A stretch of 64,000 nucleotides of DNA, from the NCBI GenBank assembly GCA_964016885.1, contig OZ024742.1:157728001-157792000 (forward strand). The letters run 5' to 3'. This document shows positions 45,073 through 60,144 of this stretch, piece by piece (within the stretch, counting starts at the first letter, position 1; every line of letters starts with the position of its first letter). This DNA is from Eledone cirrhosa (taxonomy: Eukaryota). The notes below the pieces were generated by a model. That model was not told the DNA's origin and did not search any database. It worked only from the letters and a program-made list of their open reading frames with translations. Made by a program: the position numbers and the translations under genes.

Positions 45073-45114
45073 CTATCATTTGATAATGCATAACAATGCT
45101 GAAACCGGTAATAG
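45073..45114 (+). ncRNA. Minimal hammerhead-like motif, U3-A8 variant
   Basis: cat-TTGATAA-tgca-taacaa-tgct-GAAA-ccgg-TA-ata. Palindromic stem III; weak stem I. Confidence 0.55.
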
Positions 45115-45272
45115 ACAATAATTAAATATATAAATAAATAAATATATGCCATTGTTAAATAATAAATAAATCAACTAACACCTTAACATTTCACACAAAG
45201 TAAAACATTTCGTTTTAATCATTTTTTAACCCAGAAAAAAGAGAGAGAGAAACAAAAAAGGAAAAAAATATG

Positions 45273-45336
<64 letters not shown>

Positions 45337-45876
45337 TAAAGAAAAAAAGATGAAATCGAAAATGCAACTGGAAAATATGTGTATTCAAAAATATAGACCA
45401 GCATTAAATATGGTTTAATATACATTATGTCAGCACCATAACATGCTAACCATCCAAACAGAAACATACACACGCACATAACACCTACTTTAGAAAATAA
45501 AAACCCGAACTAAATAAACCTTAACATACGTTTGCGCTGACAATACAACAGACGAATACGAATAAGTAGGGAAAATATGTTCATTCAAAAATGTTCCTAC
45601 TAACGGAATCATTTTCCTACACACACACACACAAAATATATATTCTCTTCATCTTAACATGCTAACCATACTCCCACACACACATAATAATAATACCCCC
45701 CACCCCACACACACACAACTTCCTCCGCCATTTCTACTAATAGAATCACTTTCCTACACACACACACACAAAATATATATATTCTCTCCATCTTAACATA
45801 CTCCCACACACACATAACACCCATATACACACACACACAACTCCCTCCCCCATTTCTACCAATAGAATCATCTTCC

Positions 45877-45962
<86 letters not shown>

Positions 45963-47266
45963 AATACACAAATAAACATACATATGTCTACTTTCTTTAT
46001 TTCAATAGAATATCTGAACTCTGACACCCCAGCGAACTAGCCATATTCACTGAACCAGCACAATTCTCCCATCCCATTTCTCTTGACCATTATCTTTTTC
46101 TTGTCATAAAATTCTCTAAATGGCTACAAATACGGGCGCGGAACTTCTTCACGTGACAGCCATAATTTCATTTATAACCAATCAAATTACATTTAAAAAA
46201 AAAAGCCTTCGTGAGCCACTTTTTTTATTGTCAGAAATTCTGTAAAAGGCTACAAAACACAACTTACATGTATAGAATTAAATGCACATCATTTAAGTCA
46301 TACAATACATGAATAAATGAGTCAGTTAGACCTGGAAACGGAGTCACATACATAAGAGAACGTTATTGAAGTTTCTTTGGTGATTCTAAATAAGCTAACA
46401 TGAGTTTATGATTATTTGTACTCAATACGATCATTGACACTATTATTAACATGTTTGTCAAATATTCCATAGTTGCAAAATATATAATGGAATGATATAT
46501 TAATTATGTTTTGACATATGCGTTTATGTATTGTTTGTCATATAACAGCTGAATCTCCTGCATTAGAATTACTAGCAATTTGTTAAATAACATTGAAGTA
46601 TCTAATGAAAAAACAGCTTTTATTCGGTTCTGTAATTTTGTACAATTGACCTTTTGCTCCATTCTAATGATTTGTGGAATAAACACGAAGGAAGAATTCA
46701 TTCAAATTATCCGTCGTTGTTTTTTAAGCATAATAACATTTAAACATTTATTCACAAACTTGGTAAGACGATTTGATCAAATGGTCACGTTTAATTTCCT
46801 AATTAGTTTGTACTTGATAATACTATGACAATGTCTGAAAAATAATGTAACCACGAACTTTCACTGTTTCCGCAACATGATTCTGCTCTATTATGTTGGC
46901 AAGTGGGCGAAAGCGATGCCGGCAAACGTAGCTTTTGTGATAAAAATGATATTTGTAAGAAGAAGTTTTAAATGCCACCACTTTATCGCGGTGCGACAAT
47001 GACCTTTAATGCACCAGATAACTATTTTCCTACATGTATTCATATTATCTCTTGACAAAATAAAGTCAAAAAGACACATGTAACAGTTAGATTCATGACT
47101 CTGCTGGATGTCACATCGTATTCATTAAATACACCAACAGATACATCTTCCTAAATCACTTATATTTACACAAGTACGCATTTGTTTTACTTGCGTGTGC
47201 TTGATAGAAGAATAGACAGATATAAAATAATACAACGGAAGATCTTGATATGGTAAATAGTAGTTT

Positions 47267-49380
47267 TATAGCAAAATACTGGTGTGTATGAATATAACAA
47301 GGAGACGTGGTTTGTGTGTATAATATTTAATTAACAATTTGTGGATATATAGAACAGTATAGTTGACATATCAATGTATAGATGAGAGAATGAAGCAAAG
47401 TTATTAGTTACCGTTTGGTTGCCAGGCGAACGCGCCTGGCCGAAGACACCTGGCCGAAGGCCAGGAGCCGAAAGGGCAAGTGAGAGAGAGGGAGCTTAAA
47501 GTTATTCCCTTTATAGGGTTGGAACGGAAGTGACAGAAAGGGTTCTGCCACCAACGGGAAGTAACTCCAACTACTTCTATCTAGAGAGCGTTAATATATT
47601 GGTGATGTGAGTGTCACAACAAGGGAGGCAATTCCTGCTACATTAACCCCCGCCAGATTTTTCTAATATAAAAATCGAATGAAATACGTATGTAGTAAGT
47701 TGGCGAGAATGTTGTAACAGGCATGAAAATTACGAAAAAAAATAATGTTTACAATAATAGGAAAACAGCAAAATATATGCATGCAAACATCAATGATAGA
47801 TATCAAGGTAGCCAACCGCTCTTGGCCAGAGAACGACTGGACATCTATCTATCCATCACCCAAAGATACAATGTAATCAAAGTAAGAGAAGAGCTCAAAG
47901 TTCAAATGTTCAAAATACAGTTCACAGGTGTGCAATCACATGACAGCAGGAAAGAAAGTGTGTTCCAGAGAATTAATGCAGGTGGTTTCTGTTCTGTGGT
48001 ATAACGTGAAATTTCCAACCTCCGAATGGATTATCTCACAGGAAGAGTGCTGCAAAAATAAATTCTCTAGCTTGTTCTGCTGGTTTTGGTTGTTGATGAA
48101 GCTGTGTTGCTGTTGATGTTGTTGTCTCGCGGAGTGAGCGTATTCGATGTTTAAATTCACAGTAAAAAAAATTTCCAGAAAAAATGATTTGCGCAAAGTG
48201 CTAGAAATAACAGCCGAAGTTGATGGTCGATGTTGAGAATGCGTTGACCTGGAAGGGTCAAGAGGCCAGCGACCCAAAAAATAAGCATTCTGAATAAATG
48301 CGCAGTTTTCAACAGCAAATTTACGTGGTAAATTTTTAAACCGGCAAATAGGAGAATATAGCTTAAGGCTGGAGAATCCTTGGCGAGAAACGTTATCTCT
48401 GGCGTGTGGTTATCTCCGTGAGTCGAGAATTGTGCTTCCTACACGTGCAAAAACAAGCTTAATTTAAAAAAAAATATTTCTAATGCGCGAGAAAATAGCG
48501 CGAAAATGATAGTGCAACAGGACATTGGCAGCCATTTTGAAAAAATGTGTGTGTGAACGTGACAATATGATGAAAAAGAAAGAAAGGCTTCACTTAGTAT
48601 AACAAATATGGCGAGTTCTATTTTTTTGTGAACGATGAAAAAAACTTGAACGATGAAGAAAACGATGAAAAAAGGCAATAGTTGAGATTCATCGAAAATA
48701 AATGTTCATGTTGAAATGTGTAAGAAAAAAATCAAATTTCTTTTTTTTTGTTTGTTTTTAAAGTGTTCGTTGTAACAAGAAACGAAAAACAAATATATAT
48801 ACAGTGAAATGCGACAGTTAGTTGATGTATGACACGTGCGTGAGAGAAAAAGAGTCTGCCTGAACGAGAATTTCACATGTGCGTGTGTTCGTTTCTGTGT
48901 CTGCGTATTTTCCTAGTTTGTCAATAAAATTTGCTGCGTATTCGTAATGTTACTCACACAACACCAGATTCTGCTATTATTTTCTTTTTTCGGGGTCACG
49001 ACTTATTGCAAAATACTAGTGTGTATGAATGTAGCAAGGAGACGCGGTTTGTGTGTATAATATTTAATCAACAATTTGTGGTTATATAGAACAGTATAGT
49101 TGACATGTCAATGAATAGATGAAAGAATGAAGCAAAGTTATTAGTTAACGTTTGGTTGCCAGGCGAACGCGCCTGGCCGAAGACGCATGGCCGAAGGCCA
49201 GGAGCCGAAAGGGCAAATGAGAGAGAGGGAGCTTAAAGTTATTCCCTTTATAGGGTTGGAACGGAAATGACAGAAAGGGTTCTGCCACCAACGGGAAGTA
49301 ACTCCAACTACTTCCTGTCTAGAGAGCGTTAATCTATTGGTGATGTGAGTGTCACAACAAGGGAGGCAACTCCTGCTACA
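47267..49380 (-). mobile_element. Non-autonomous Gypsy-type LTR element (TRIM/LARD-like)
   Basis: LTRs 47267-47642 and 49004-49380 begin TGTAGCA on minus. 4-bp TSD GTTT (47263-47266 / 49381-49384). PBS-like agtcgtgaccccga (cf. TGGTGACCCCGA, tRNA-Trp) follows the 5' LTR; PPT-like ggcggggg precedes the 3' LTR. No pol motifs seen in the 1.36-kb interior. Confidence 0.9.
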
Positions 49381-49545
49381 GTTTCTACATTTGACACAAG
49401 GCCAGCGATTACCCAGGTGCACCACTGGTACTTTATTTGGTCGACCTCGTAAGGATGAAAGGCAAAGTTAACCTCGCGCGATTTGGCCTGAGAACGCAAA
49501 GCGCCATAACTATGCTGCAAAACATGGTGTCTAACGCTCCACCGA
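49381..49545 (-). mobile_element. Nin/Deu-type SINE whose tail was interrupted by the LTR element
   Basis: tttctacatttgacacaaggcc...ggtactttatttggtcgacctcgtaaggatgaaaggcaaagttaacctcg. Confidence 0.8.
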
Positions 49546-49779
49546 TACTGCTCTACAGTGCTACTTGGTTTAATTGTAACAGTATTTTTAATGTGTCTCA
49601 GCAGTGTAAATTTTTTGAAACCTGCAATGAAAAGCATGACCACGGTAGAAAAAGGTCGCTTGAATCATATAAATATCACAAGGAATCTATTTCAACCCAT
49701 GATACTATCTCAAGATGTACATACACTCTTAACGGAGATCCGTTTTGTAAAAATACCTCTCTATATAAGCTACTAAGAG

Positions 49780-49846
<67 letters not shown>

Positions 49847-50029
49847 GTGTGTGTGCACACCCACGCACACATATATGTATATATATTTATATACATATAT
49901 ATTTATATAAATATATATATATATATATAAATATATATATGTATATATATATACATATATATGTGTGAGTGTGTGTTGCTCTGTGTGTGTGTGTTTGTGT
50001 GTAAAAAGTAAACAGAAACATATGTACAT

Positions 50030-50129
<100 letters not shown>

Positions 50130-50216
50130 CTGTGTGCGTATGAATGTATTAAACCTGAGGCCAAATCGCGATTTGGAAGGATATAAGCTAGGCCGACTTT
50201 ATATATACTATATATA

Positions 50217-50317
50217 ATCCCGCCGCGGTTAACTTTGCCTTTCATCCTCACGGGGTCGATGAAATAAAAATACCAATAATGCACTGGATAATTGCTGGCC
50301 TTGTTCCAAAAGTAGAA

Positions 50318-50325
<8 letters not shown>
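50217..50325 (+). mobile_element. 5'-truncated Nin/Deu-type SINE
   Basis: atcccgccgcggttaactttgcctttcatcctcacggggtcgatgaaataaaaatacca...ggccttgttccaaaagtagaaa. Confidence 0.8.
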
Positions 50326-50360
<35 letters not shown>

Positions 50361-50404
50361 ATATATATAATATACATATTATATTTATATATATATTATA
50401 TATA

Positions 50405-51548
50405 TATGAGAGACGTAAAATAAGAAAATTATAAAATTAACTTACTTACTAAAAAATCACTTCCAACTAATTAGTTTCTGGAATGGAGTAAATATATTTT
50501 CCGAAGAAACATAAAAATCGTTCCGTCATCAGGAAAGTCTTTTTCCGTATAGGTTTCCAGGCATAGCGAGGACACTGGAAACTTATTAAAAAAATAATTC
50601 AGTGGAATGGAAATAGCGAAGCATGGACTGGATTCCAAGCCATTGAGAAAATCACTGCCTCCACGTCCGTGGCAAATTCAAAAAGAATCAATCACGTGAC
50701 ATCGAGGTCAATCAGTGGAAAGCGAGTGGTTATTAAGACAGCGGCCAGCTTACTACCATAGTAGCAGTCATGGCCAAATATTGCTCGACAAATTAATTGG
50801 AGATAATTATAAGGAATTTATATCTAGTAACATTTATATACACACAGATGCATATCAATGCTAGCAAATATATAGGTTTTGTCTTATTAACAATGTGGTT
50901 CAATGCATGGGGTTGCAGAACAATAATATGAGAGACGTAGAATAAGAAAATTATAAAATTAACTTACTTACTAAAAAATCACTTCCAACTAATTAGTTTC
51001 TGGAATGGAGTAAATATATTTTCCGAAGAAACATATAGAAAATCATTCCGTCATCAGGAAAGTCTTTTTCCGTATAGGTCTCCAGGCATAGCGAGGACAC
51101 TGGAAACTTATTAAAAAAATAATTCAGTGGAATGGATATAGTGAAGCGTGGACTGGATTCCAAGCCATTGGATGTGGAGGAAGTGATTTTCTCAATGGCT
51201 TGGAATCCAGTCCACGCTTCGATATTTCCATTCCACTGAATTATTTTTTTAATAAGTTTCCAGTGTCCTCGCTATGCCTGGAGACCTATACGGAAAAAGA
51301 CTTTCCTGATGACGGAATGATTTTCGATATGTTTCTTCGGAAAATATATTTACTCCATTCCAGAAACTAATTAGTTGGAAGTGATTTTTTAGTAAGTAAG
51401 TTAATTTTATAATTTTCTTATTTTACGTCTCTCATATTATTGTTCTGCAACCCCATGCATTGAACCACATTGTTAATAAGACAAAACCTATATATTTGCT
51501 AGCATTGATATGCATCTGTGTGTATATAAATGTTACTAGATATAAATT

Positions 51549-51555
<7 letters not shown>
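50405..51555 (-). repeat. Non-coding mini-element: 1.5 tandem units (~522-bp period) plus terminal inversion, with hammerhead cores
   Basis: 50407-50645 is repeated at 50929-51170; ~51172-51553 is an inverted copy. CTGATGA-cgga...ttcg-GAAA-atatat-TT appears three times (e.g. 51306-51351 on plus), but stem I is not evident. Confidence 0.88.
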
Positions 51556-51584
<29 letters not shown>

Positions 51585-51588
51585 CATA

Positions 51589-51642
<54 letters not shown>

Positions 51643-51677
51643 TATATGTATATATATATATATATATAATATACATA

Positions 51678-51755
<78 letters not shown>

Positions 51756-51784
51756 TATATGTATATATATATATAATATACATA

Positions 51785-51899
<115 letters not shown>

Positions 51900-51907
51900 C
51901 ATATTAG

Positions 51908-51945
<38 letters not shown>

Positions 51946-52386
51946 ATACATTAACAGAGAAATCTTTAAGCAATACTCCGACCGGCTTCCGTCTCACTCA
52001 ACAAACATTAGGATATACCTTAGTATAATCCCAATTATACTTTTGGGGTTCTAACTATACGTATTTTGTGGATAGCCAGTTGTATTATTTTATATGAGAC
52101 ATAATTAAAATACATCTCTTCTTCCTATATCTGTATATATATATATATATTTATTAAAATAACAGATTAAAGTTTAAGCAAAGAATCGCTGCTTTCACCC
52201 TTAACGGGATCTTCTGAAACTCATTAAGGGTGAAAGCAGCGATTCTTTGCTTAAACTTTAATCTGTTATTTTAATAAATATTTGCTCTACGGTTCTTATA
52301 TATTTGATATATATTTATCCTTATCGAGCCCTCTTTGGATTTTAGTCTTCAAATTTATTATTATTACTATATCTATATAAATATGC

Positions 52387-53225
52387 GGCGTACGGTCTGC
52401 TTCTCTGACCGCTCATGAAATTCACCCAGATTATGCTGATCGGATAACTACCATGTGGCTTGCTGTTTTCCAACCTTCGGTTTGCTTTTCCTTCTGTTGT
52501 TTACTTGTCTCACTCGCTTTACGCGTTTCACTTCTCCCAATAGCTTATTTTAGTCATTGCTCGCACCAACCTGAGGTATCTGATTTTTAATGCGATGAAA
52601 TACCAATGATGGTTGGCAAAATCACTGATGAGGGACTAATTGTATAATATGTAATCCATGTGCAACCATGCAGTATTCTTCTTCCCCTTGTTTTTCATAT
52701 ATATTTACCTAAACTGCGATTATCTGTTTCTCTCTTTCTCTGTTACTGCTCCCCCGTTCTCTCTGTTTCTCTTACCTTCTTTCACCCTCCCTGTCAGTTA
52801 CACTTTTTCTCTCGACTGACCTCTTCCTCGCACTTCCACTCACTTACTCTCAGTTTCTCCCCTTCTCACTTCCTCCCGTTTGCTACTAGTGGGGTTCCTT
52901 CTTTCTCACACTACACTCACGGCGTACGGTCTGCTTCTCTGCCGCTTATGAAATTCACCCAGATTATGCTGATCGGATAACTACCATGTGGCTTGCTGTT
53001 TTCCAACCTTCGGTTTGCTTTTCCTTTTGTTGTTTACTCGTCTCACTCGCTTTACGCGTTTCACTTGTCCCAATAGCTTATTTTAGTTATTGCTCGCACC
53101 AACCTGAGGTATCTGATTTTTAATGCGATGAAATACCAATGATGGTTGGCAAAATCACTGATGAGGGACTAATTTTATAATATGTAATCCATGTGCAACC
53201 ATGCAGTATTCTTCTTCCCCTTGTT

Positions 53226-53232
<7 letters not shown>
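52387..53232 (+). repeat. Partial tandem non-coding element, 534-bp period, with decayed hammerhead cores
   Basis: ggcgtacggtctgcttctctg...ccccttgtttttcatat at 52387-52700 and 52921-53232. Each copy has ccaac-CTGAGGT-atc...gat-GAAA...gttgg and a CTGATGA-ggga...tcc relic. Confidence 0.85.
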
Positions 53233-53274
<42 letters not shown>

Positions 53275-53297
53275 ATTATATATATTATATATATATT

Positions 53298-56200
53298 TCT
53301 CCTGATGGGTCCCCTGGACTCGCTGGTCGCCTCGTCGTGGCGAAGGGGTGCCAACCATAATCTCAGTGGGCAAAGAATCGGCAAATACAGGCGGCAGGCG
53401 TCGGGTTAGCAACCCGGCACCGTTTTAAAAATTCTAACCGCTAAAGAAACACCAAGAAAACCAAAAAAAAGCAAAAAATATCAGCGTAAAGATGAAGGTG
53501 TGGGAAACACTCCAGTCTTGACGGACCTCAACCAAAGCCGAAAGGACGTTGGGGTTCCGATGAGCCGGATTATGAGCACCAACACAAAGATGCGAATTGG
53601 AACTTGGAACGTGCGTACACTATACCAGGCAGGAAAGCTGGCTCAGCTACTCAGCTACTTCTCGTGTTCGACCACTACTAGCTGGACATTTTGGGCCTGA
53701 GGGATATGCGCTGGACCGGCAGCGGAAATATGAGTGACAGCGAAGACACAACTCTGCTCTACTGTGGACACCAAGACAAGCACGTTCATGGCGTTGGACT
53801 TGTGCTTAGCGCACGAGCAGCTCGAAAACTGATCGGATGGGACCCAGTCACCGAGCGCATCATAACCTCTCGTTTTCAAAGTGGACATGCGAAAATCACT
53901 GTTGTTTAGGGCTACGCACCGATTGATGACGCAACCGACATCGACAAGGATGCCTTCTACGAACAGCTGCAGGACACATTTAATAACTTGCCCAGCCAAC
54001 TACTGATCGGTGATTTCAACGCTCAGATTGGCTGCAACAGACAGGGACTGGAACACGTCACTGGACCATTCGGTTCTGCTGCGGTCACCACGAACAACGG
54101 TGAGTGACTGCATCTGTTTTGTGCCATTAACAGCTTGTGCATTAGCAACACCTATTTCAAACACAATTCGACTGACAAGGCTACTTGGCAGTCTCCGGAC
54201 CAGAAAAGCCGAAACGAGATCGATTACATCTGCATCAACCAGCGCTGGCGGTCCTCAGTACGTGACGTCAGAGTTACCGAAGTGCGGACGTGGGCTCAGA
54301 CCACCATCTACTGTGTGCGGAACTTCAGCTGCGCCTGAAGAAACGGACACGACAGGAAAGACCAAAGCAATATGCAGTGAAGAATCTGAAGTATCCCGGT
54401 CAAGCGTGACTGTACCAACTGTCGCTACACAACCGATTCCAACAGTTGAGCGAGGATGCAGATCTGGAGGACCAATGGACGATGTTCAAGTCAGCGGTGA
54501 CTGAGGCAGCCCAAGAAACTATTGGCCGAAGACGAAGAACGAGGAGGGGAAAATGGATCCAAGAACCAACGTGGGACGTGACTGACAGACGAAAAAAGGC
54601 AAAAGACGAGCGACATTTTTCCAGATCGAAGGAAGACAAAAAGAAAAGAGATGCCGTATACCGCCAAATCGACCGACTGGTAAAGCGAAGCTGCCGGCGG
54701 GACAAACGTGACTGGCTGGAGAAAAAGGGTCTGAGGCAGAGGAAGCTCCTGGTCCAAACGACACAAAAGCTCTGTTCCGCATCGTGAGGGAGTTCACAGG
54801 AATATCGAGCGGTGCCAGCATGCCACTAAAGGAAAAAATGACCAGACGTTGACCTCTGGAGCGGAGCAGGATCATATATGGATGGAGCACTTCCGGGAGA
54901 CGCTGAACCAACCAAATCCGGTCGCCCTGATAGACTTGACCGCAGTGACTCCAGCAACCACTGAGGTACTCAAAGTCTGCGAGCACCATATCACCAAGCA
55001 AGAGACGACAGATGCGATTAGCCACTTGAGGAACGGCAAAGCAGGCGGACTGGATGAGATCTCTGCTGAGCTGCTCAAATTCGGTGAGGAGAGCACGATA
55101 ACGGCGTTGACAGACTTGATGAACCACTGCTGGAGGGTTGGTCGGGTTTCCCTTGAGTGGCAGCGTGGTGCCATCGTCAAACTGCCAAAGAAGTGAAACC
55201 TGACAGACTGCAACAACTGGCGTGGTATCACATTGCTGTCAGTCCCAGGCAAGGCGTACTACACTGTGCTGCTGCGTCGACTCCGGCAGAACAAGCCGGC
55301 TTCCGAAAAAATCGATCTTGCACGGAACAGATATTTACACTACGCAACATTCTCGAACAATGCGTTGAGCTACAACAGCCTTTGGCGGGCAATTTTATTG
55401 ATTTCCAGAAGGCATTCGACAGTATACACGGGGAGTCGCAGTGGAATGTTGCGCAACTGTACGACATTCCTGCAAGATTCATCGCCATTTTCAAGGCCAT
55501 GTATGAAAACTCCAGCTGCTGCGTGCGGTCTTGGTCCGGTGTGACGGAGTTCTTTGACATTCTCTTCGGAGTCAGACAGGGTTGCATTCTCTCTCCACTG
55601 TTGTTCCTGCTGGCAGCCGATTTCGTACTAAAGCAAATGGATGAAGGACCCGGTCGAGGAATCCTATGGAGAGGGCAGTCGAGGCTGAGGGAGCTGGCAT
55701 TCGCCGACGACATCGCTTTGATCGCTGAAAACAGTGCAGATCTGCAGGCCCTAACGACATCCTACAAGAGAGTGTGGAAAAGATCGGCCTGAGAATCAAC
55801 ACCAGAAATACCAAGGTCATGAGAACGGCCAGCAACACAGGTCTAGAGATCAGAGTCAACCAACAGGACCTCGAGGAAGTTGATCACTTCACCTATCTGG
55901 GCAGCATACTGAGAGGCGACGCGGAACTCGATATCAACTGTCGGATCGGCAAAGGAGCCGCAGTTTTCCAGCGGCTGTGCCCATCTGGTCGTCTTCATGC
56001 ATTAGCACCAAGACCAAGCTCCGCCTGTACAAGAGCATTGTGCTGCCGACAGTGCTTTATGCGATCGAGACCTGGAAGAGTACGGCAAAAATAGAGAGAC
56101 GGCTAAACGCTTTCCACAAGCTGTGACTGCGAAAGATCCTTCGTGTGTCCTGGCGCAACCGAGTGCGAAACGAGGAGATCCTGCGGTGAGCCGAGTCGTG

Positions 56201-56485
56201 GACGCTTCAGAGAGTGGTCACGGAGCGTCGGTGCCGTCTGGCTGGCCATATTCTTCGTCTGCCAAATGAACGGCATTTAAAAACAGCGATGAACTGGGCT
56301 CCGCCTGGCGGTAAACGGAGGCGGGGTTGCCCAAGGATCACCTGGCGACGAAGGTTCCGGAAGGACTTGATGGCAGCCAACATCACCTGTCACGGTCTCG
56401 AAAAAGTTGCCGCTGATCGTGACCGTTGGCGAGTACTTACTGCTCGATGCACTGAACAGCGCTAAAGAATCTAAGAACTAAGAAT
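53298..56485 (+). mobile_element. Full-length degraded RTE-clade LINE in (TA)n
   Basis: MRIGTWNVRTLYQAGKLAQL, NEIDYI, NWRGITLLSVPGK, EQAGFR, FIDFQKAFDSI, GVRQGCILSPLLF, FADDIAL, RRRGCPRITW, DRDRWR; (ctaagaa)-like tail; many frameshifts. Confidence 0.95.
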
Positions 56486-57911
56486 ATATATATATATATA
56501 TATTTAATATATCTCATATGAAATAATACAGCCAATTATCCACACAATACAATATAGTTAGCACCCCATACGATTAATTGGGAATATACTCAGGTATTTC
56601 CTAATGTTTGTTGAGTGAGTTGGAATTTGGCCGGAGTATCGCTATTAGCTTTCTCCGATTATGTATTTATATATATATATGTGTGTGTGGGGGGGGGGGC
56701 TGGTATGTGTGTGTGTGTGTGTGTGTGTGACTGTGTGACTGTGTGACTGTGTGACTGTGTGTGTTTGTGTGTAAACAGTAAACCGAAATAACGAAGCAAA
56801 CGAAACAATATTCTATTATAGGGGGAATACAAGACGATATACTGCAGGTTAATATATCATAAACATAGAGTTTATCTGATATATCAGAGTGGCTAACTTA
56901 ACCACTAATAATATAATACCTGCCCCAGCAGCTCCTTAAGAACTTCTCATAGTAATTTGTCCTGATTTTCTCTACTTTCAATTATGTTTAATCACACGGT
57001 TCCTAGGCAAAAGAAGCTTTGGTTTATATAGATTTTGCAGATATATACCTAACACGATTCTTATATACATAGAGTGCGGGTTTAAAGAGGTGGTTTTAAT
57101 TGGAAGTAGTGTGATTAATTATACATGCGTATATGAAAGCATATACAGCATAAATATCACATCGAATTTTAAATATACTCATGATACATATATATATTCT
57201 ATAAGCTTTCACATAAACGGCTGTTAATATTATTGTAAAATTTTTTATTTCTTGTCCAATTCTTTAAAGTTTTATCTTAGTTTCTTGTCCTATTCTTTTA
57301 AAGTTTTATCTTAATTTCTTGTCCTATTCTTTTTTTTGCTGTACGCATTTTTCTATCTGGTATATATATGTGTAAAAATTACATAGTCTGGTTGTATATA
57401 TATATATATACAACAAGTTATGTAATTTATATATATAGATACACACAACAACACTACCAGCTCTCCCTCTCACTCTCTCTCTCTCTCTCTATCTATCTAT
57501 CTTTCATTCTCCTTCTCTGTCTCCTCTCCCTCTCTCTATGTCACTCTTTCAATTTACACTTTCACAACCACTATGCCTTTCTCTTTATCATTTTCTCTCT
57601 CTATATATATATATATATATCTATCTATCTATCTCTCTCCCTGTCTCTATCTATCTCCCCCCCCCCCCCACATTGATATCCTTTCTTCCAAATTGTTGAA
57701 CAGATTGTCCCACCGATGAATAAACAGATCTATAACCAAGGATCTTCATGCGATAATGATGCCTTTATTTGCCCAGCACTACATGTATAACACTACATTA
57801 ACCAATGTTACTACGAATATCGAACTGGTACTGTGCAATATGACGGATAATTGACTGCGATTGGCATCAGAGCAAATGATATACTACTTCGCTGTTTGGT
57901 TTTATCGTATA

Positions 57912-58780
57912 CTAGCAGTAAAGCCCGGCGTTGCTCGGGGTCGCTCAGTAGCTGTGTTAAAGTTACAATGTTAAGTTTCTTTTTTGGCCTAAAAACTGTA
58001 GTGTCTACTGTGCAGACTTGCATGTGGTGTTTTTGATTAATATTCCCTCAACCAACAATATGCCTTATGAAGTTAAGAAAACATAACGATAACCCGAATG
58101 TTATAACAAAAGAGGATGCTGGGGATAGAAACTGCACTGGTTATTTATTAACAAAGATCGAAAATGTAAACACTGCAACGCAGAGAAAAACATTAGCGTA
58201 ACCAAATTATCAGTTATGTCTGTCTGCACGCCTATATCACCTCTCTGCACGACTGTCTGTCTGCACGCCTATATCACCTCTCTGCACGACTGTCTGTCTG
58301 CACGCGTATATCACCTCTCTGCACGACTTCTGTCTGCACGACTGTCTGTCTGCACGCCTAACGACGAAATATTTGCTTGTTTTACGTAGTCTTTAAATAG
58401 ACTTGTTTTCAAGTAAAAATATTGTTTTAAAATGCTTTTAAATGGAAATGAAGCAAAACGGAAGCTTAGTGTTCGAATGTTCGTGTATTGTGTTAATGTC
58501 ATTTTAAACGCTGAGAAAGCCAGCGTAATTTTTTACGTAAGACGCTCAATGTAAACAGAACAAAGGGAAATAACTGATAACTTACGCTCAAAAATCGATA
58601 CATTATATTCGATTTCGTCACATAGGGTGGGTCAATTTGAAATTTTTTTTTTCCGATGTCTTCGCTAGGGCTCAATGTACAAGTATAGCAATTTCGGTGC
58701 AATTCCGTGAGAGATTCTAAGAGGAGATGTGTGCCAAAAATCGATAGACAGACAGACAACCACAGTTTTATATATATAGA
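57912..58780 (-). mobile_element. Non-autonomous Helitron with internal ~37-bp minisatellite
   Basis: Minus strand A|TCTATATATATAAAAC...cccgagcaacgccggg hairpin...CTAG|T. Tandem tgtctgtctgcacgcctatatcacctctctgcacgac at ~58217-58358. Confidence 0.88.
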
Positions 58781-59341
58781 TGACGTTGTAATTAGAAAAG
58801 AAATTTAAGATATTCTCACTGCAAAGCTTCTATGAATTAATATGTTCAGAAATATTATTTCTGATTAAAAATAATGTACATTTAAGTTTGAGAAGCCATC
58901 TACCTATATAATTGTTTTTAGAATTCTATTATTTCCTTATGTAGAATTATATCCATTGGTGAGTGCGTTAATTTTGATACGTGTCATAATATGGACATCT
59001 CATGTAAAATTATGGGTTAGCTGTAGCGTTTAGAAAGTTATCTAAATTTTACTATCTTTGTATTACAGTACCGCTTCACATAATTTGCCATTTCCCTCGA
59101 CGTAATCGACATTAAGGCGTCCAGATCGTTTAAATAAACTAATTAACATTTTATTCCTTTAGATTCGCTCAAGGAATAAAATATTAATTCAGTAATTTTC
59201 ACACATACACATTCCATACTGGAGTCATGTCTATCATATCGATAAAACATTCCTGCAATCAACTGTGAAACATATATAACGTTCAACATAGATTATTATT
59301 ATCATCATTAATATTATTACTATTACTATTATTAATTTTTA

Positions 59342-59585
59342 TCTTCTTCTTCTTCTTCTTCTTCTTCTTCTTCTTCTTCTTCTTCTTCTTCTTCTTCTTC
59401 TTCTTCTTCTTCTTCTTCTTCTTCTTCTTCTTCTTCTTCTTCTTCTTCTTCTTCCATACATACTTGAGGTTCGGAGTTCACTATATGCGTATATAAGAAT
59501 CCTTAAATTGATCCTACTGGATCCCCAGGTGAGACCAACTGAGGACATGGATCTGTCTCAGGGTGTCTAGAAAGCCTGCCTAGCG
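59342..59585 (-). mobile_element. RTE 3' remnant with long (GAA)n tail
   Basis: catgtcctcagttggtctcacctggggatccagtagg resembles 32290-32330; about 38 GAA units follow. Confidence 0.6.
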
Positions 59586-59624
59586 ATTTTATTATACACA
59601 ATATCTTTCTTTCTTTCGTTCGCC

Positions 59625-59657
<33 letters not shown>

Positions 59658-59663
59658 CCTCTC

Positions 59664-60052
<389 letters not shown>

Positions 60053-60144
60053 TATACTTTCACTCGTGTATGACACCTCGTTTTTTATTTTTAAAAGAAA
60101 ACTCACTTTCTTATATATATATATAATCAAGCGAAAGCAAATAA

